64,000 nucleotides of DNA from Octopus vulgaris (lineage: Eukaryota). Within the stretch, counting starts at the first letter, position 1; the number at the start of each line of letters is the position of its first letter. Positions 1-12,189 of this stretch are shown here, in pieces. The stretch is from NCBI GenBank assembly GCA_951406725.2, contig OX597818.1, positions 147,312,001-147,376,000 of the forward strand. Reading direction: 5' to 3'. The translations under genes and the position numbers were made by a program. Below the pieces are notes generated by a model. The model saw only the letters and a list, made by a program, of their open reading frames with translations, was not told where the DNA came from and made no database searches.

Positions 1-183
1 GCATGGACAATGGATGTTAAATGATGATGATGATGATATATGTATATATATATTTCCAAATTTGTGTAAATGTGTATAGAATAATATATCAGTTGAATAA
101 AGTTACAACATGGTCTGGTTTTCACGTTTTTTATTATTATATCTAAAAAAAAATGTTTGCAATGTTGAAGTGTGTTAAACATG

Positions 184-552
184 AGCGGCTGTGTGGTAAG
201 TAGCTCAGTCCCACAGTGTGGCACCTTGGGCAAGTGTCTTCTACTATAGCCTTGGGCTAACCAAAACCTTGAGTGGATTTGGTAGACGGAAACTGAAAGA
301 AGCCCGTCATATATATGTATATATATATGTATATGTGTGTATATGTTTGTGCGTCTATGTTTGTTCCCCAACATCGCTTGACAACCGATGCTGGTGTGTT
401 TATGTCCCTGTAACTTAGCGGTTTGGCAAAATAAACCGATAGAATAAGAACTAACAAAGAATAAGTCCTGGGGTCGATTTCTTTGACTAAAGGTGGTGCT
501 CCAGCATGGCTGCAGTCAAATGACTGAAACAAGTAAAAAGAGTAAAAGAGTA
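184..552 (+). mobile_element. tRNA-derived SINE (octopus OR/CORE-like family), head partly deleted
   Basis: ggcaccttgggcaagtgtcttctactatagcc core, internal (TA/TG)n, tail gactgaaacaagtaaaaagagtaaaagagt; many copies in window. Confidence 0.85.
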
Positions 553-924
553 ATGGTCATAAAGTTCAATTAGTGCTTTCATATGTTCATAGTAATCATC
601 AGATTTCAAAATGTATTGACTGATAGTTGAGTTGAATGCTTGACAACTGTAGCAAAATGATTGACTTCTTCCTTTTTATACCTTTTTGAAGGCTCTGACA
701 AGCTGAATTTTTCTGATACGGTTTTAACCAATCAGCATGCAGCTTAAACTGTATGCTTGTCGGAGCCTTCTAAAAGGTATAAAAAGGAAGAAGCGAACAT
801 GCATGTATGAGTAAGCATGTACATATGTAATTTTGGATAGGTAGAACTCTTTTGCTGATGTGATATAAAATACACCTGGTCCATTTGGTTAAAGTTTTCA
901 GCAAATGAATAGAGCCACCATATA

Positions 925-1119
925 TCTCTCTTTTATTTGTTTCAGTCGTTTGACTGTGGCCATGCTGGAGCACCGCCTTTAGTCAAGCAAATCGACCCCA
1001 GGACTTATTCTTTGTAAGCCTAGTAGTTAGTCTATCAGTTACTTTTGCCGAACAGTAAGTTACGGGGACATAAACATACCAGCATCGGTTGTCAAGCGAT
1101 GTTGGAGGAACAAACACAG

Positions 1120-1166
<47 letters not shown>

Positions 1167-1305
1167 AAGGACTTCTTTCAGTTTCCGTTTACCAATTCCA
1201 CTCACAAGGCTTTGGTTGGCACAAAGACACTTACCCAAGGTGCCACACAGTGAGACTGAACCCGGAACCATGTGGTTCGTAAGCAAGCAAGTTACCACAC
1301 AGCCA
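925..1305 (-). mobile_element. tRNA-derived SINE, same family
   Basis: Reverse complement of the 1377-1747 copy; B-box ggttcagtc. Confidence 0.85.
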
Positions 1306-1376
1306 TAGAAGATTCTTTAGTGTTTCAGAGGATCTCTACTGCTGGCACCGCAATAAAATGCAACTCATTATGTTTA

Positions 1377-1747
1377 GGTGCAGGCGTGGCTGTGAGGTAA
1401 GAAGCTTGCTTCCCAACCTCAAGGTTCTGGGTTCAGTCCCACTGCATGGCACCTTGGGCAAGTGTCTTCTACTGTAGCCTCGGGCCAACCAAAGCCTTGT
1501 GAGTGGATTTGGTAGACGGAAACTGAAAGAAGCTCGTATATATGTGTGTGTGTCTGTATTTGCCTCACCCCCATCGCTTGACAACCGATGTTGTGTGTTT
1601 ACATCCCAGTAACTTAGCGGTTCAGCAAAAGAGACCAATAGAATAAGTACTAGGCTTACAAAGAATAAGTCCTGGGGGTCGATTTGTTTGACTAAAGGCG
1701 ATACTCCAGCGTGGCCGCAGTCAAATGACTGAAACTAGTAAAAGAAT
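1377..1747 (+). mobile_element. tRNA-derived SINE, near full length
   Basis: A-box-like tggctgtgaggtaa, B-box ggttcagtccc (about 1430), CORE-like accttgggcaagt, conserved tail. Confidence 0.88.
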
Positions 1748-1799
1748 CCCTTTATAGAATGGCTCACAATTTTTATCCATAGAAAACATGCCAAAATCG

Positions 1800-2003
1800 C
1801 ATGGAATACGGACGTTAATTGAACATGATGATATGTATGTGTGCGCGCGCACATATGTATGCATGAATATATAATGTATGTATGCGTGCGTGGGTACAAG
1901 CGTATAGACAAACAGTTGCTGCTGACTCGCCGACAACTGTTTATCTTACAAATATTTTCTACACACAGTGTATTGAGTGCTCTTTTCTTACGTTTCTACT
2001 CAC
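1800..2003. repeat. Local ~200-bp duplication, copy 1 (copy 2 at 2946-3148)
   Basis: catggaatac...cttacgtttctactca repeated with only a few substitutions. Confidence 0.9.
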
Positions 2004-2391
2004 AAGCAAGATGTAGTCTCCAACATATTGAAGAGGCCAGTGGTTTAGTTCATACCATGTTTAATTCAAGCCATCATGAAAAATATACATACATGCACGC
2101 ATGCAGACAGGCATACATACACCATATATACATACACACACACACACACTCATATTGTCCCTATTTATACACCTTTTACATTGACCGGGTGTCCCCACCA
2201 TCCTTTCTCTCCTTCCAGCAGGGATAGCCATGCAAGCCAGACACTGGTTCCTGTCTCCCTAAGTCTACATACCACAGAGCCACCTCCTTCGATATTGCAC
2301 CCCCCCACACACTGTCATCAAGAGGTTTTATCCTGTGATTTACTTGATGACTTCACCTATGCTAGTGCCACAAAAGACAAAAACAAAAGAC

Positions 2392-2800
2392 GGATCTTTT
2401 CGGTTTGAACGGCAGTTTTTTTAAATAATTTCCACGTAACTAAACACTTTTAAACTTCGTATACTGGTAGAATGTGTTTATAAAACATCTTTTCCTCTTG
2501 GCTTTATTGAGAAAATTCTATAGTTTGTAAGATATTTGTTGTTTTTTTCTTCCATTTCTGCAATTTCAACCAATCAATGACGTCTATTGAGGTGGAAACA
2601 TTCTGTGCCGTATGAATATGTCCCTCGTTTAAGAAATAGATTGGGTTTATTTACATTTGTGAAGAAAAAAGATACCCTTCCCCCCACCCCTAACCCTAAA
2701 ACAGATTGAAATGCAATAGATCGATACTAGGGTCATAATTATGGGTGACCATTTCATATGACACCGCTAGAAAAAACTGCCGTTCAAACCGAAAAGATAC
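2392..2800. mobile_element. MITE with perfect 28-bp terminal inverted repeats
   Basis: atcttttcggtttgaacggcagtttttt (2394-2421) is the exact reverse complement of 2771-2798; non-coding interior; interrupts an RTE 3'-UTR-like remnant. Confidence 0.85.
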
Positions 2801-2945
2801 CCCAAAACACCCAATACACTATATAAAGCGATTAGCATTACGAAAGGCATTCAGTGGTAGAAACCATACCAAAGCAAACACTGGAACCGAAGACAATCTT
2901 TTCCAACGCTCGTTGGCTCCTGTCGAACCGTTCCACCCATGCCAG

Positions 2946-3148
2946 CATGGAATACAGACGTTAATTGAACATGATGATATGTATGTGTGCGCGCGCACGT
3001 ATGTATGCATGAATATATAATGTATGTATGCGTGCGTGGGTACAAGCGTATAGACAAACAGTTGCTGCTGACTCGCCGACAACTGTTTATCTTACAAATA
3101 TTTTCTACACACCATGTATTGAGTGCTTTTTTCTTACGTTTCTACTCA
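2946..3148. repeat. Local ~200-bp duplication, copy 2
   Basis: Matches 1800-2003. Confidence 0.9.
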
Positions 3149-3471
3149 TAAAAGTACGCATGCGCCGAAGCACACACACTTCTAACACATTCTGCACAAC
3201 GTGAGATTCCACTCAATTTTTTCTAGTTTTCCTGATTTAATCGGTCGACTGAGTTATCTCTCTTGAATCGGGCCAAGTTCAGACAAAAAAGGATTTTATA
3301 AATGTTTATATAAAATATGAATAAAATTATATTATATATCATTATATAATTTTACTTTCATTTATATGCATGTATAACACACACACACGTATGTATGTAT
3401 GTGTGTATGTATGCATGTAGGTATATATATATATATATAGATATATATATATGTGTGTGTGTGTGTACATA

Positions 3472-3507
<36 letters not shown>

Positions 3508-4125
3508 AAACCTTTTTGCTTGTTTAGCTATTTCTTCCTCTCCGTGAAGAAGGAAAAATCATTATCAATCTTTGATGGTTCGTTTTTTCCATCTGCGAAT
3601 ATAATGACATTTAAACCCGTTTGATTGATAATATGTGAACCGGTGTTGTGTGTAATTTGTACTTGTTAAAACTACGTTAAGTATCAATATTCAGAAATAT
3701 ATATAAACCATAACACGTTTAAAAATTAATATCGAAAGAAATTCCAATATTTAAAATAAGATTCGTTAGAATCGATGGAAGAATCTCTGTTGTCATCAAA
3801 ATGACTCATAGCCTGGCACTGCTCCAATAATTCACATTAGACATTCATCGTTTTATAATTCCTACAAATCTATTTCGATGGAATTTGGTCGCTGCTCTCT
3901 GAATTTAGAAAAACCATTAATATGTAATTTATTATATTAGTAATTTAAAATATTTTAATATTAATTGGTTGGAGAAAACCAGGGTATTTATGGAACAACC
4001 TGACTACGAATTTGTGATTAGGTTTCGATTTCTGAGCGAAGTGGCGAGGCTATTTCTTTTTCTTTTTGTGTCCATGGCTTTCGGAAAAGAAAGTATAAAT
4101 ATATTCTAACCCCTAATTCTATCTC

Positions 4126-4171
<46 letters not shown>

Positions 4172-4759
4172 CGTAATAAAAATTAATCAACACAATTCAT
4201 ATATACTTTCAAATATCTTATATTACGATTGCTGAAGAGAAGAAAGCATCGGGTGAAATGAGTCTAAAGTTTGGACCTTAATTGCTAATTGTAGTTATTT
4301 CATTTGACTCTACATCTGCCCTTTTTTCGTTCATCCACTTTCCCATAATGCTGACCACCCCATCGAGATATATGAACAAAAGAAGTCGCGCTGTTCATTG
4401 CACCGTATTCACCCTTTTTCTTCTATTTCTATTAAATACTGTTCTAAGAAATTTCATAGCAATAATTATATAATGCAGGGATTAAAAAAAAAGATGTTCA
4501 TGAATGAGTGAACAATGGAACCAAGAAAAACAATGCTTTTAATTTCACTTCTTCAGACGTTATTGAAATTTTGGGGAAGGACAGCTAACATTTTTAACAA
4601 TTTTTATAATGAAATACTCAAATTTGAGGATGTTTTAAAGTGATAAAAAATGCTTCAAATATATAAATACATCTATATATAGATATCTAGATATATATAA
4701 AAATATATATATTTATGTATGAATTGAATACGTTATGTCCCAGCATGCTTTGTAATAAA

Positions 4760-4895
4760 GGTACGCCATATTGAAGGTGGCGGAAGTGCAGCATGTTTTT
4801 CATTTGACCACAGAAAACACTCAACCGGAAACGGAAGTGTAAAAGCATGTGCGCAAAGCCGATTGGTAAATCAAGAGATGCGCATCTCTTTGTTG
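4760..4895 (+). promoter_or_regulatory. Putative TATA-less housekeeping promoter of USP22
   Basis: Cluster of YY1-like CGCCATATT (4764), ETS CGGAAGTG (4781, 4832) and ACCGGAAA (4824), NRF1-like GCATGTGCGCA (4845) and inverted CCAAT (4861), about 0.95 kb upstream of the ATG. Confidence 0.65.
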
Positions 4896-5757
4896 ACTGA
4901 TGAATGGACACACAGACAGACAACTCCTCTAACTACTACTACTACTACCACTACTAATACAGCTCTCTTTGGATCTATCTTACTCTTTCCTTCTTTCTTC
5001 CTTTTCCCTCTCTTTTTATTATTTATTGAAAACACTGTCACTACTACTCATTCGAAAAATATCTTTTTTTCTTAACAAGTACATCCCATGTTTCCTCCTC
5101 CTCCTCCCCTCCCGCATTGGCGTTGTTTCTTCCTCTTCTTTTTCTTCCTTACTAAGTGACCTTACTACTGTGGTAGGAGCGAGCAAATACCTCCTACTCC
5201 GTCAGCCGGTCACTGCTACTGTTACCACTCCTCCACCGCTGTTCTTATCTCTTAACCGACTCTCCTTTATTTTTCCCCCATCTTTTTTGGATAAAGTGTC
5301 ATAACGTCACTGCCACTGTCACTACCTCCTACCTCGCTTCACACGGCTTCTCCTACCACCGCTCTGATCAGTACTCCCACTGCCAATGTCTGGTGCCAGT
5401 AGTCCTACCATTGTGATACTAGGCAGCACCAGCACACACCGACGACTACTGCTACCAATATCTCTGTAACGTAGGGTGGTGGTAGGACAGTGTTGTGTCG
5501 GGGGGTGGTTAGCTTCCCCTGCCACTCTAGGAAACGGATTGCAAGAAGAACATCAGCTGAGTTAGCTCAAAGCCCCTCACTGTGTGTAGAGTATCCTGTG
5601 TTTTAGGGAGATCTTTCCTGCCCCCGTCGTCTCAATTTGTAGTGAGTCTAGGTGGGAGGAGTCCTGGCTTCGCAAGGCTCTGTGTGTGTGCCCGGCCTGG
5701 CCACAGTCAGCCCCGTGCGGGTCAACAGCAGGCCGTGCCCACCAAGGTCCGGCCGAC

Positions 5758-5829
5758 ATGAGCAGCGACAGCAGGCCAATCAGCAATACCAATCACAGCG
5801 GGGACAACACCACAAAGCCCCTAAAATGA
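5758..5829 (+). promoter_or_regulatory. Upstream ORF (23 aa, MSSDSRPISNTNHSGDNTTKPLK*) whose TGA overlaps the USP22 ATG
   Basis: gacATG at 5758, open to TGA at 5827-5829; ATGA overlap at 5826-5829. Confidence 0.6.
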
Positions 5830-5945
5830 ACGTGAATGGCTGCCCGCATCTCAGTGCTTTCAAATCAGCCAAGGGAACCGAACCATTCCGGATAATCCAT
5901 GCTTACTTCATTGCCTGTTCGTCAGCTGATGCCCGAAGAATCAAG
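5826..5945 (+). CDS. USP22: USP22/nonstop exon 1 (MNVNGCPHL...ADARRIK), start of zf-UBP domain
   Basis: ATG in aaaATGa context; GCPHL...FIACSSADARRIK matches the USP22 N-terminus (GCSHL...GTAEARKRK); donor AAG|GTATG, phase 0. Confidence 0.9.
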
Positions 5946-6520
5946 GTATGTACAAAGATCTCGCTAATATGCTCTAATCACTAATTTTCGACCCCTGTCT
6001 CATCCCAACCATCCACTGCTATACCTGGTCCTGTCCCCTTCTGCATACATTTCCAAAGGGTTTCCGCAAACTCTCTTCCAGTCGCCTCATCCGGATGTTG
6101 TTGTCTCCCTGATCGAGGCAATCCGATGATGTCTCTCTCTCTTCAAACTTCACATTCAAACACATCTTCTTTCTTCTTCGCTTCATTCACACTATATACG
6201 CATTTATACATACATCATAATATACAAATATATATATATCCGTATGAACGTATATATACATATGTGGCTGGTCGTATTTCTTGCTTATTAACTTTGTTCT
6301 TTAAATTATTGTCATGCATCACTTCACTTCCTTTCATTTCACACAAATATGTTCGTCTTTTTCCCCGTTTTGTCTAATAAATAACAATTTGTCTTTGAAA
6401 TCGTAGAATTTTTACAGATTTCGTCACAGGCTGCGATTTTGTTGTGTGCATAAGTGTATATATATGTATATATATATATATATGTGTATGTATGTATATA
6501 TATATATATATATGTGTATG

Positions 6521-6562
<42 letters not shown>

Positions 6563-7088
6563 TATATCCGCCTGTATGTACCAATAACTTGTATTATTTC
6601 ACATAAATCGCTTTGAAATCTTTTATATTTCACACATATTTTGATTGTTTCTCGTGAATCGAAGTAATATTTATAATATTGTGTGTAGTTTATTGTATTG
6701 AGTGCCTATATTTTCGGATTGTTTACACTGTTGTGTATATATCCTTTTATATGCGTGTGCCTATGATTTGTAGTAAATTTATTTCAAGGGGATCCCTTTC
6801 TGCATTGTCATCTAAAGGCCACAGTTTCCTGTCGCTGTCTCTAGTTTTATTTATTATACTTCATAAAATATTTATTGTGGGAACACCTGAGAAGTAAATA
6901 TAAAGGGGATACACAAAGGAGGCAGATTCGATTAAAATCGGAAGGTAAAGAAAAGTGTATAGACGTGTGTATATATATATACACACACACACAAAGAAAA
7001 ACATACTATATGTTAAAGGATAGCATCCACATGACTATGTCTTATAGATATATAAACATCAATGAAATGATATATATATATACATGTG

Positions 7089-7124
<36 letters not shown>

Positions 7125-7344
7125 CGAAGACATACACACACACACACACACGTGTGTGTGCGTGTGTCATTATTTTGTTATCTGTAGAAAAAGTAAATAA
7201 ATTGATAACAAAATAAACAAAAATAAAATTATGTGGAAGGTGATTAGTTAATAACAAAGTAAAAATTATTTTCCCGTTTGTTACAATATTACATATGTGT
7301 GCCTGTAATATAATAAAATTATATATATACACATACATACGTAC

Positions 7345-7380
<36 letters not shown>

Positions 7381-10300
7381 ATAATAATTACTTGTACCAG
7401 TGATACTTTTTAACTTCAAATGCCCCCCCCCTCTACTTCCTATCTTTGTCTTCTTGAGTCGCAAGACTTCCTTTATTGATTACAAGTAAACAATGACATT
7501 TCATTTTATTTACTATTGATATATATATAAATATATAAATATATATATATATATAACTTGTTAGTATAATAATTATAATAGTAATTTCTGGTAACTGATT
7601 TAAAAAAAAAATCACTTCAATTACAAAAGAGAAGAAGAAATATATTTGATGAAACGATACAAGTTGAAAGGAATTTCCTGGGCTTTTTGGCTGCAATATC
7701 TTCAGTTGTTACTAAACGGAGGAGATAGAGCTCATCTTTCAGCTCCTTCTTTAATTAAGAAAATATTTTTTTCTCTTTCAACTGAAAAGATTATAAAATT
7801 TGAGTTATTTTTATTTAAAAAAAAACCCAATAAAAGACTGGTTTCTTTTTATCAAAACAAATTATATTAACGTTATGTATTTTTATTGACACATTTTGGA
7901 CGAAGTTGTGTTTATTTTCCACATTCCATCCACACATCAGTGCAGCATCCATTTTCACGTTGCTGAAGGGTCAAATCTATTCAAAGCTTCACTCTGGATG
8001 GAACTTCGGATGCTGACAGACGAGGCGTTACGCTTGATATAATAATCAAGATTATTTATCATCGTCGCTATTTTGTTTTGTACTTTTTTGTTGTTGTTCG
8101 TCGAGAAAGTCGACCTGTTTCGGGAAAGTGGTAAATACAGGATGTTATGACGTTTTCTGTTTGGTCGCAATTGCTATGAAACTCTTCCCACACGGAGTTT
8201 GAAACCGGATCGCTCACACACGTTCAAAGAAAACTCCCTTAACGTCACACCACATTTCACCAGTGATATTAATAACACTAATGAAGGAATTATCACAGGT
8301 GTATTATTGATATACATCTTAATTAACAAATGCCGTAGTAGTGTGTGCATTCGGCTATAAATTCTTTGGAGAATTGCCTCTGCAATTCGGTTTCGATTCT
8401 TACTTGAAATCGTTTCACGCCGCTTATATTGCAGTATGTGTAGAAGGCTAGGTCTATAGGCACACCGATGAACATCACAACTTCCAATCTCCTCATCTCC
8501 CTAAAATACCATGTTATAATACATTTTAGGTGATTTATTTATGCATATATAATTAATGTGTATATATTATTTTATATTATGTAATATAATTTATATTTAA
8601 TATATGTGATATCAAATTATTTAAAATCAATAATAATAATAATAATAAAAATAATAATGGTTTCTAATTTTAAAAAAATTATAAAACTACGTCAGATCGG
8701 TTTGGATAAAGGTCTACAATAAAAATAACGAATGGTAATGAGTCAACAATTAGTGCTAGGTCTGTCTCCGTCGTTTAGGTCAAATGTCAAACAACAGTTC
8801 GTCTTTTCGATTTCTCTTTCTAATCATTTGACGACCATTTTATTCAGGTGTATTTGAATTTTAAAATATTGCTATGCTTCTCTTATATAAATGCTTTGTT
8901 GTCTTAACTGGTCATGTCGGCAAATAAGGATTCGCTTGTAATGTAGTTGCTGAGAATAAGACTCGAGGTTTGACTGTAGAGAAAGTGTTGGCTTACAAAG
9001 AATGCTCTGTTGACATACTGTATGAGAAGATCGGCGATACAGGGATCTCAGTGTGGAAGGAGAGTATGTTTGTAAAATCAGATAGACTGTGGATTTATAG
9101 GTAGATAAGCTTAGTGTTTGGAAGGACATTGACTTTATCAAGTTGACTTGTTTGACTTGAACGTAATCTCGGTGTGTGTGACTAAGAATCCCCCGTTCTT
9201 GAGCTAGGGCTATATGTAAACAGAGGTAAGGTTTCTCTGCTTGTCTAGGTTCTTCTGCTCCTTAAACTCTATGTAATAACGACAGTTACACTAAGAGGTT
9301 TCCGTTAATCGAGAACCAAAATTCGTACCCGGCGTCGATTCTCCGAATTTCATTTCATTTCACTTAACTAATTAATTCGCATCTATTGAGAAAGACATGA
9401 ACATCATCCAATTAACTATTTCCCTTGCTGTTTTGAGAGATCTCTTTAATATACATAGGAAGCTGTATTTTTTTTTTTTTTTTCGTTTCATCTCACATAT
9501 GACAAAAATGTCTCGGCAAATGCATGACCATCACAGGCGCTTCCCACCTGCAATATAACAAAGATGGAAAACATTATTCAAAAATAGGTTAAAAGCATTT
9601 TTTAAAATCAAATCTTTTTTTTTTTTTTTTATCTAATATTATTTCATACAAAGATATTTTCCCTGCATCAGAAAACCTAAGTTTAATGCACAGTGTAAGG
9701 ATAAATGCAGACAGCATTTGTCAAAATTTCCATTTTCCAATCTCATTGCTTGATTTGTTTTGCTAAAAATTGTCAGCCTACCTAAGGTACACATTTTGAG
9801 GCAGTACAGAGGTGAAGATGATAAGCACCATTCTAAAGGAATATGTGCTAACAGGAGCAAAATGAACCCAAACAAGTTGGTAGGTTTGTAGCTTGAGACA
9901 TGAAGTTAATTCCATGCTGCCAACTAGTGCTGTGAGATGCTGGTTAATTTACTTGGGATCTAGTTTGATTTAGGACTCTAGATAGAAGCTGGGATTAGGT
10001 TATAAACAACATGGCTAATCTCATGCTAAAATAAGCTGAGAGGAAACTATTCCTGAAATGTTGCTTAAAGGGATCAAATGGCAGGTCTGTTGGCTTTTAT
10101 CCTGGAGATATTGGTAGCTTCTAGAAATCCCTGTTGTAGCAGTGCTAGTAAGGAACATTGCTAGTTGAAAACAAACTCTACAGGCATCCAGTCATGCCTG
10201 AGATGCTGATGAAGTCATCCAGTCATGCCTGAGATGCTGAATCTATCAAAAGGAGTACCCTGAAGCTTCCTTTTGACTGAGAAGGGCAAGCAGTCTTACC

Positions 10301-10999
10301 TCTGTCTGGTGGTTATAGCAAAACTGGTTGTGAATGGACACAGTTGAAAGACCTGAAGATAGGTTCTTTCCTCCTCAGCTAAGCCTTCATCTACTTTTTG
10401 CATATCCTTCTTCGAGAGAAAAGTGAGGGTGGAGAAGGATGTGTTACCCTTCTGTAACATTGTGGAAGAGTAAGTAAGAGTGGCATGTATGGCCCAAGTG
10501 GATATATTTACTGCTAGTGTATGCCTCTAGGCCAGAGAATACAACTGGTAAAGGGCACTTGTTCTTGAAAGTGAAGTTATCCTGAATCTGTAGGGTTTCT
10601 TTGATTGACTGAAGGTAATTATCCCTCCTGAACAAAACCATTTCCTTGTTGCTGTTACTACTTTCGTTTTTGTTTTATTTTATCTAAACCCATCAGTTTT
10701 TTTTTTATCCTTCTCATTAAGCCCAATGTTAAAGGGCTTAATCATAATAAAAGATTATTATTATTAATAATCCATACTATCATAAATAGGATACCTTGGA
10801 AGTCTTGCTTGATATTGTTGGAGCGTTTTGTCTTTAATTACTAAATGTTATCTTACTTTACTACTCTCAAACTGGCTCAGGCAAGAAACAGAAGATTGGA
10901 AGGCATTGTCACAGCCAGGTATTGTCATCTTTATCTTTACCTTTCTCTTCTCCATGTTGCTATTATTTACAGAGAAAAATTTCAATTTTTATCTTACAG

Positions 11000-11132
11000 G
11001 CTGAGAAGTGTCTCTGTCACACCTGCCATCAAGGCTCTGTAAGGCTCCATGCTTGTTTAGAGTGTGTCTTTTTTGGCTGCTTCCAGGCAAAACACATCCA
11101 TGACCATGCAAAAAACAAAAGTCATAACCTAG
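11000..11132 (+). CDS. USP22: USP22 exon 2 (AEKCLCHTC...LHACLECVFFGCFQAKHIHDHAKNKSHNL), zf-UBP
   Basis: ttacag acceptor, G|GTAAC donor; Cys/His zf-UBP pattern; phase 0 to 1. Confidence 0.96.
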
Positions 11133-12075
11133 GTAACATTCTGAAATTTTTTATTAATGCTATTTTATTGTATATATTTCTTTAATATTCAACTGGGCTT
11201 TCTCTTTAAAGAAGTTGCTATTGGAAACTGGAAACCTTTTTTTCATACTGTTTCCAGAATGGATGAAATTTGGTTGATTTTAGTCAGGTAAGTAGAGTGG
11301 TGTAGTTGATTCTGAAATCTTGATATCAGCACCATTGGTCCAGTACCTTAATGAATCAGTGGTTGCACCTCTCACTCAATTGTAATTTAAAATTCCAGTG
11401 TCCTCATTTCTTTTGTTTAGTAATTGTTTCCAGAACAACAACAAATATATCACCTTGTGTCACATTCATTCATTGATTTATTAAGTTCCAAATGTCAGAC
11501 AATTTTAATTATCTGGTTTCATTTTGTTAGTTTAAATTTGCAATACAGGTTTCAGAAAACTTTCAACTAGCTGGCCATTGACTGCTTAAATTTTGGATAA
11601 CAGGTTTACAAGCCAGGGAGGGAAAAAAATCCCACTCATTTTTTTGCTTCTGATTAAATTTGCTGTTAACATTGTTATTGTAAAGGTGATAAAGTGTCAA
11701 CTTCTCAGTTGAACTTTGTTTATATCCCTTGAGTAAGGCACTGTTTCATCCTTTCTCACCTTTCTGTGTCTTAGCCCAATTCATTTCGATCTTCATTGAT
11801 CCATTTACTTTTGTTTATTTTGAACTTTGAAATGTTTTGAGCAAGGTTTTTGTTGGCTCAAAGACAATATGATTTCTCATTGCATGACACTGTACAGTGT
11901 AGCATGGTGTCAACAAATTAGACTGATGCATAACTTGGATACTTTGCCTATTATTTTCTTTTTGACCTTAAATGTTATTGTTTTGTTGACTAAAAAGGGT
12001 GGGGTGGGGGTCTATCCTTTGATTTTATATAGAAATAGCTGAATGACTCTAACTGTTACCATTCTCTATTTTCAG

Positions 12076-12189
12076 CTGTAGACCTTTCCTATGGAGCTGT
12101 CTATTGTACCCCTTGTGGGGACTATGTTTATGATAAAGAATTAGAAGACTTAGCCAAAGACCAGATCAGGAGATCAGCTTGTTCACTAG
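12076..12189 (+). CDS. USP22: USP22 exon 3 (AVDLSYGAVYCTPCGDYVYDKELEDLAKDQIRRSACSL)
   Basis: ttttcag acceptor, G|GTAAAC donor; YCxxCxDYxYD motif; 114 nt, phase 1-1. Confidence 0.95.

Noticed and set aside
1377-1450. tRNA-like A/B boxes
   Set aside because: These are SINE heads continuing into SINE body and tail; no complete cloverleaf
218-1638. Recurrent short ORFs such as RASFSFRLPNPLTRLWLARG and APWASVFYY
   Set aside because: Translations of SINE copies, not genes
8860-9290. Possible old LINE fragment in intron 1
   Set aside because: Too degenerate to identify diagnostic motifs by eye
10185-10240. 25-bp direct repeat around CTGATGA (hammerhead-like)
   Set aside because: No stem II-GAAA follows; looks like a simple 31-bp-period duplication
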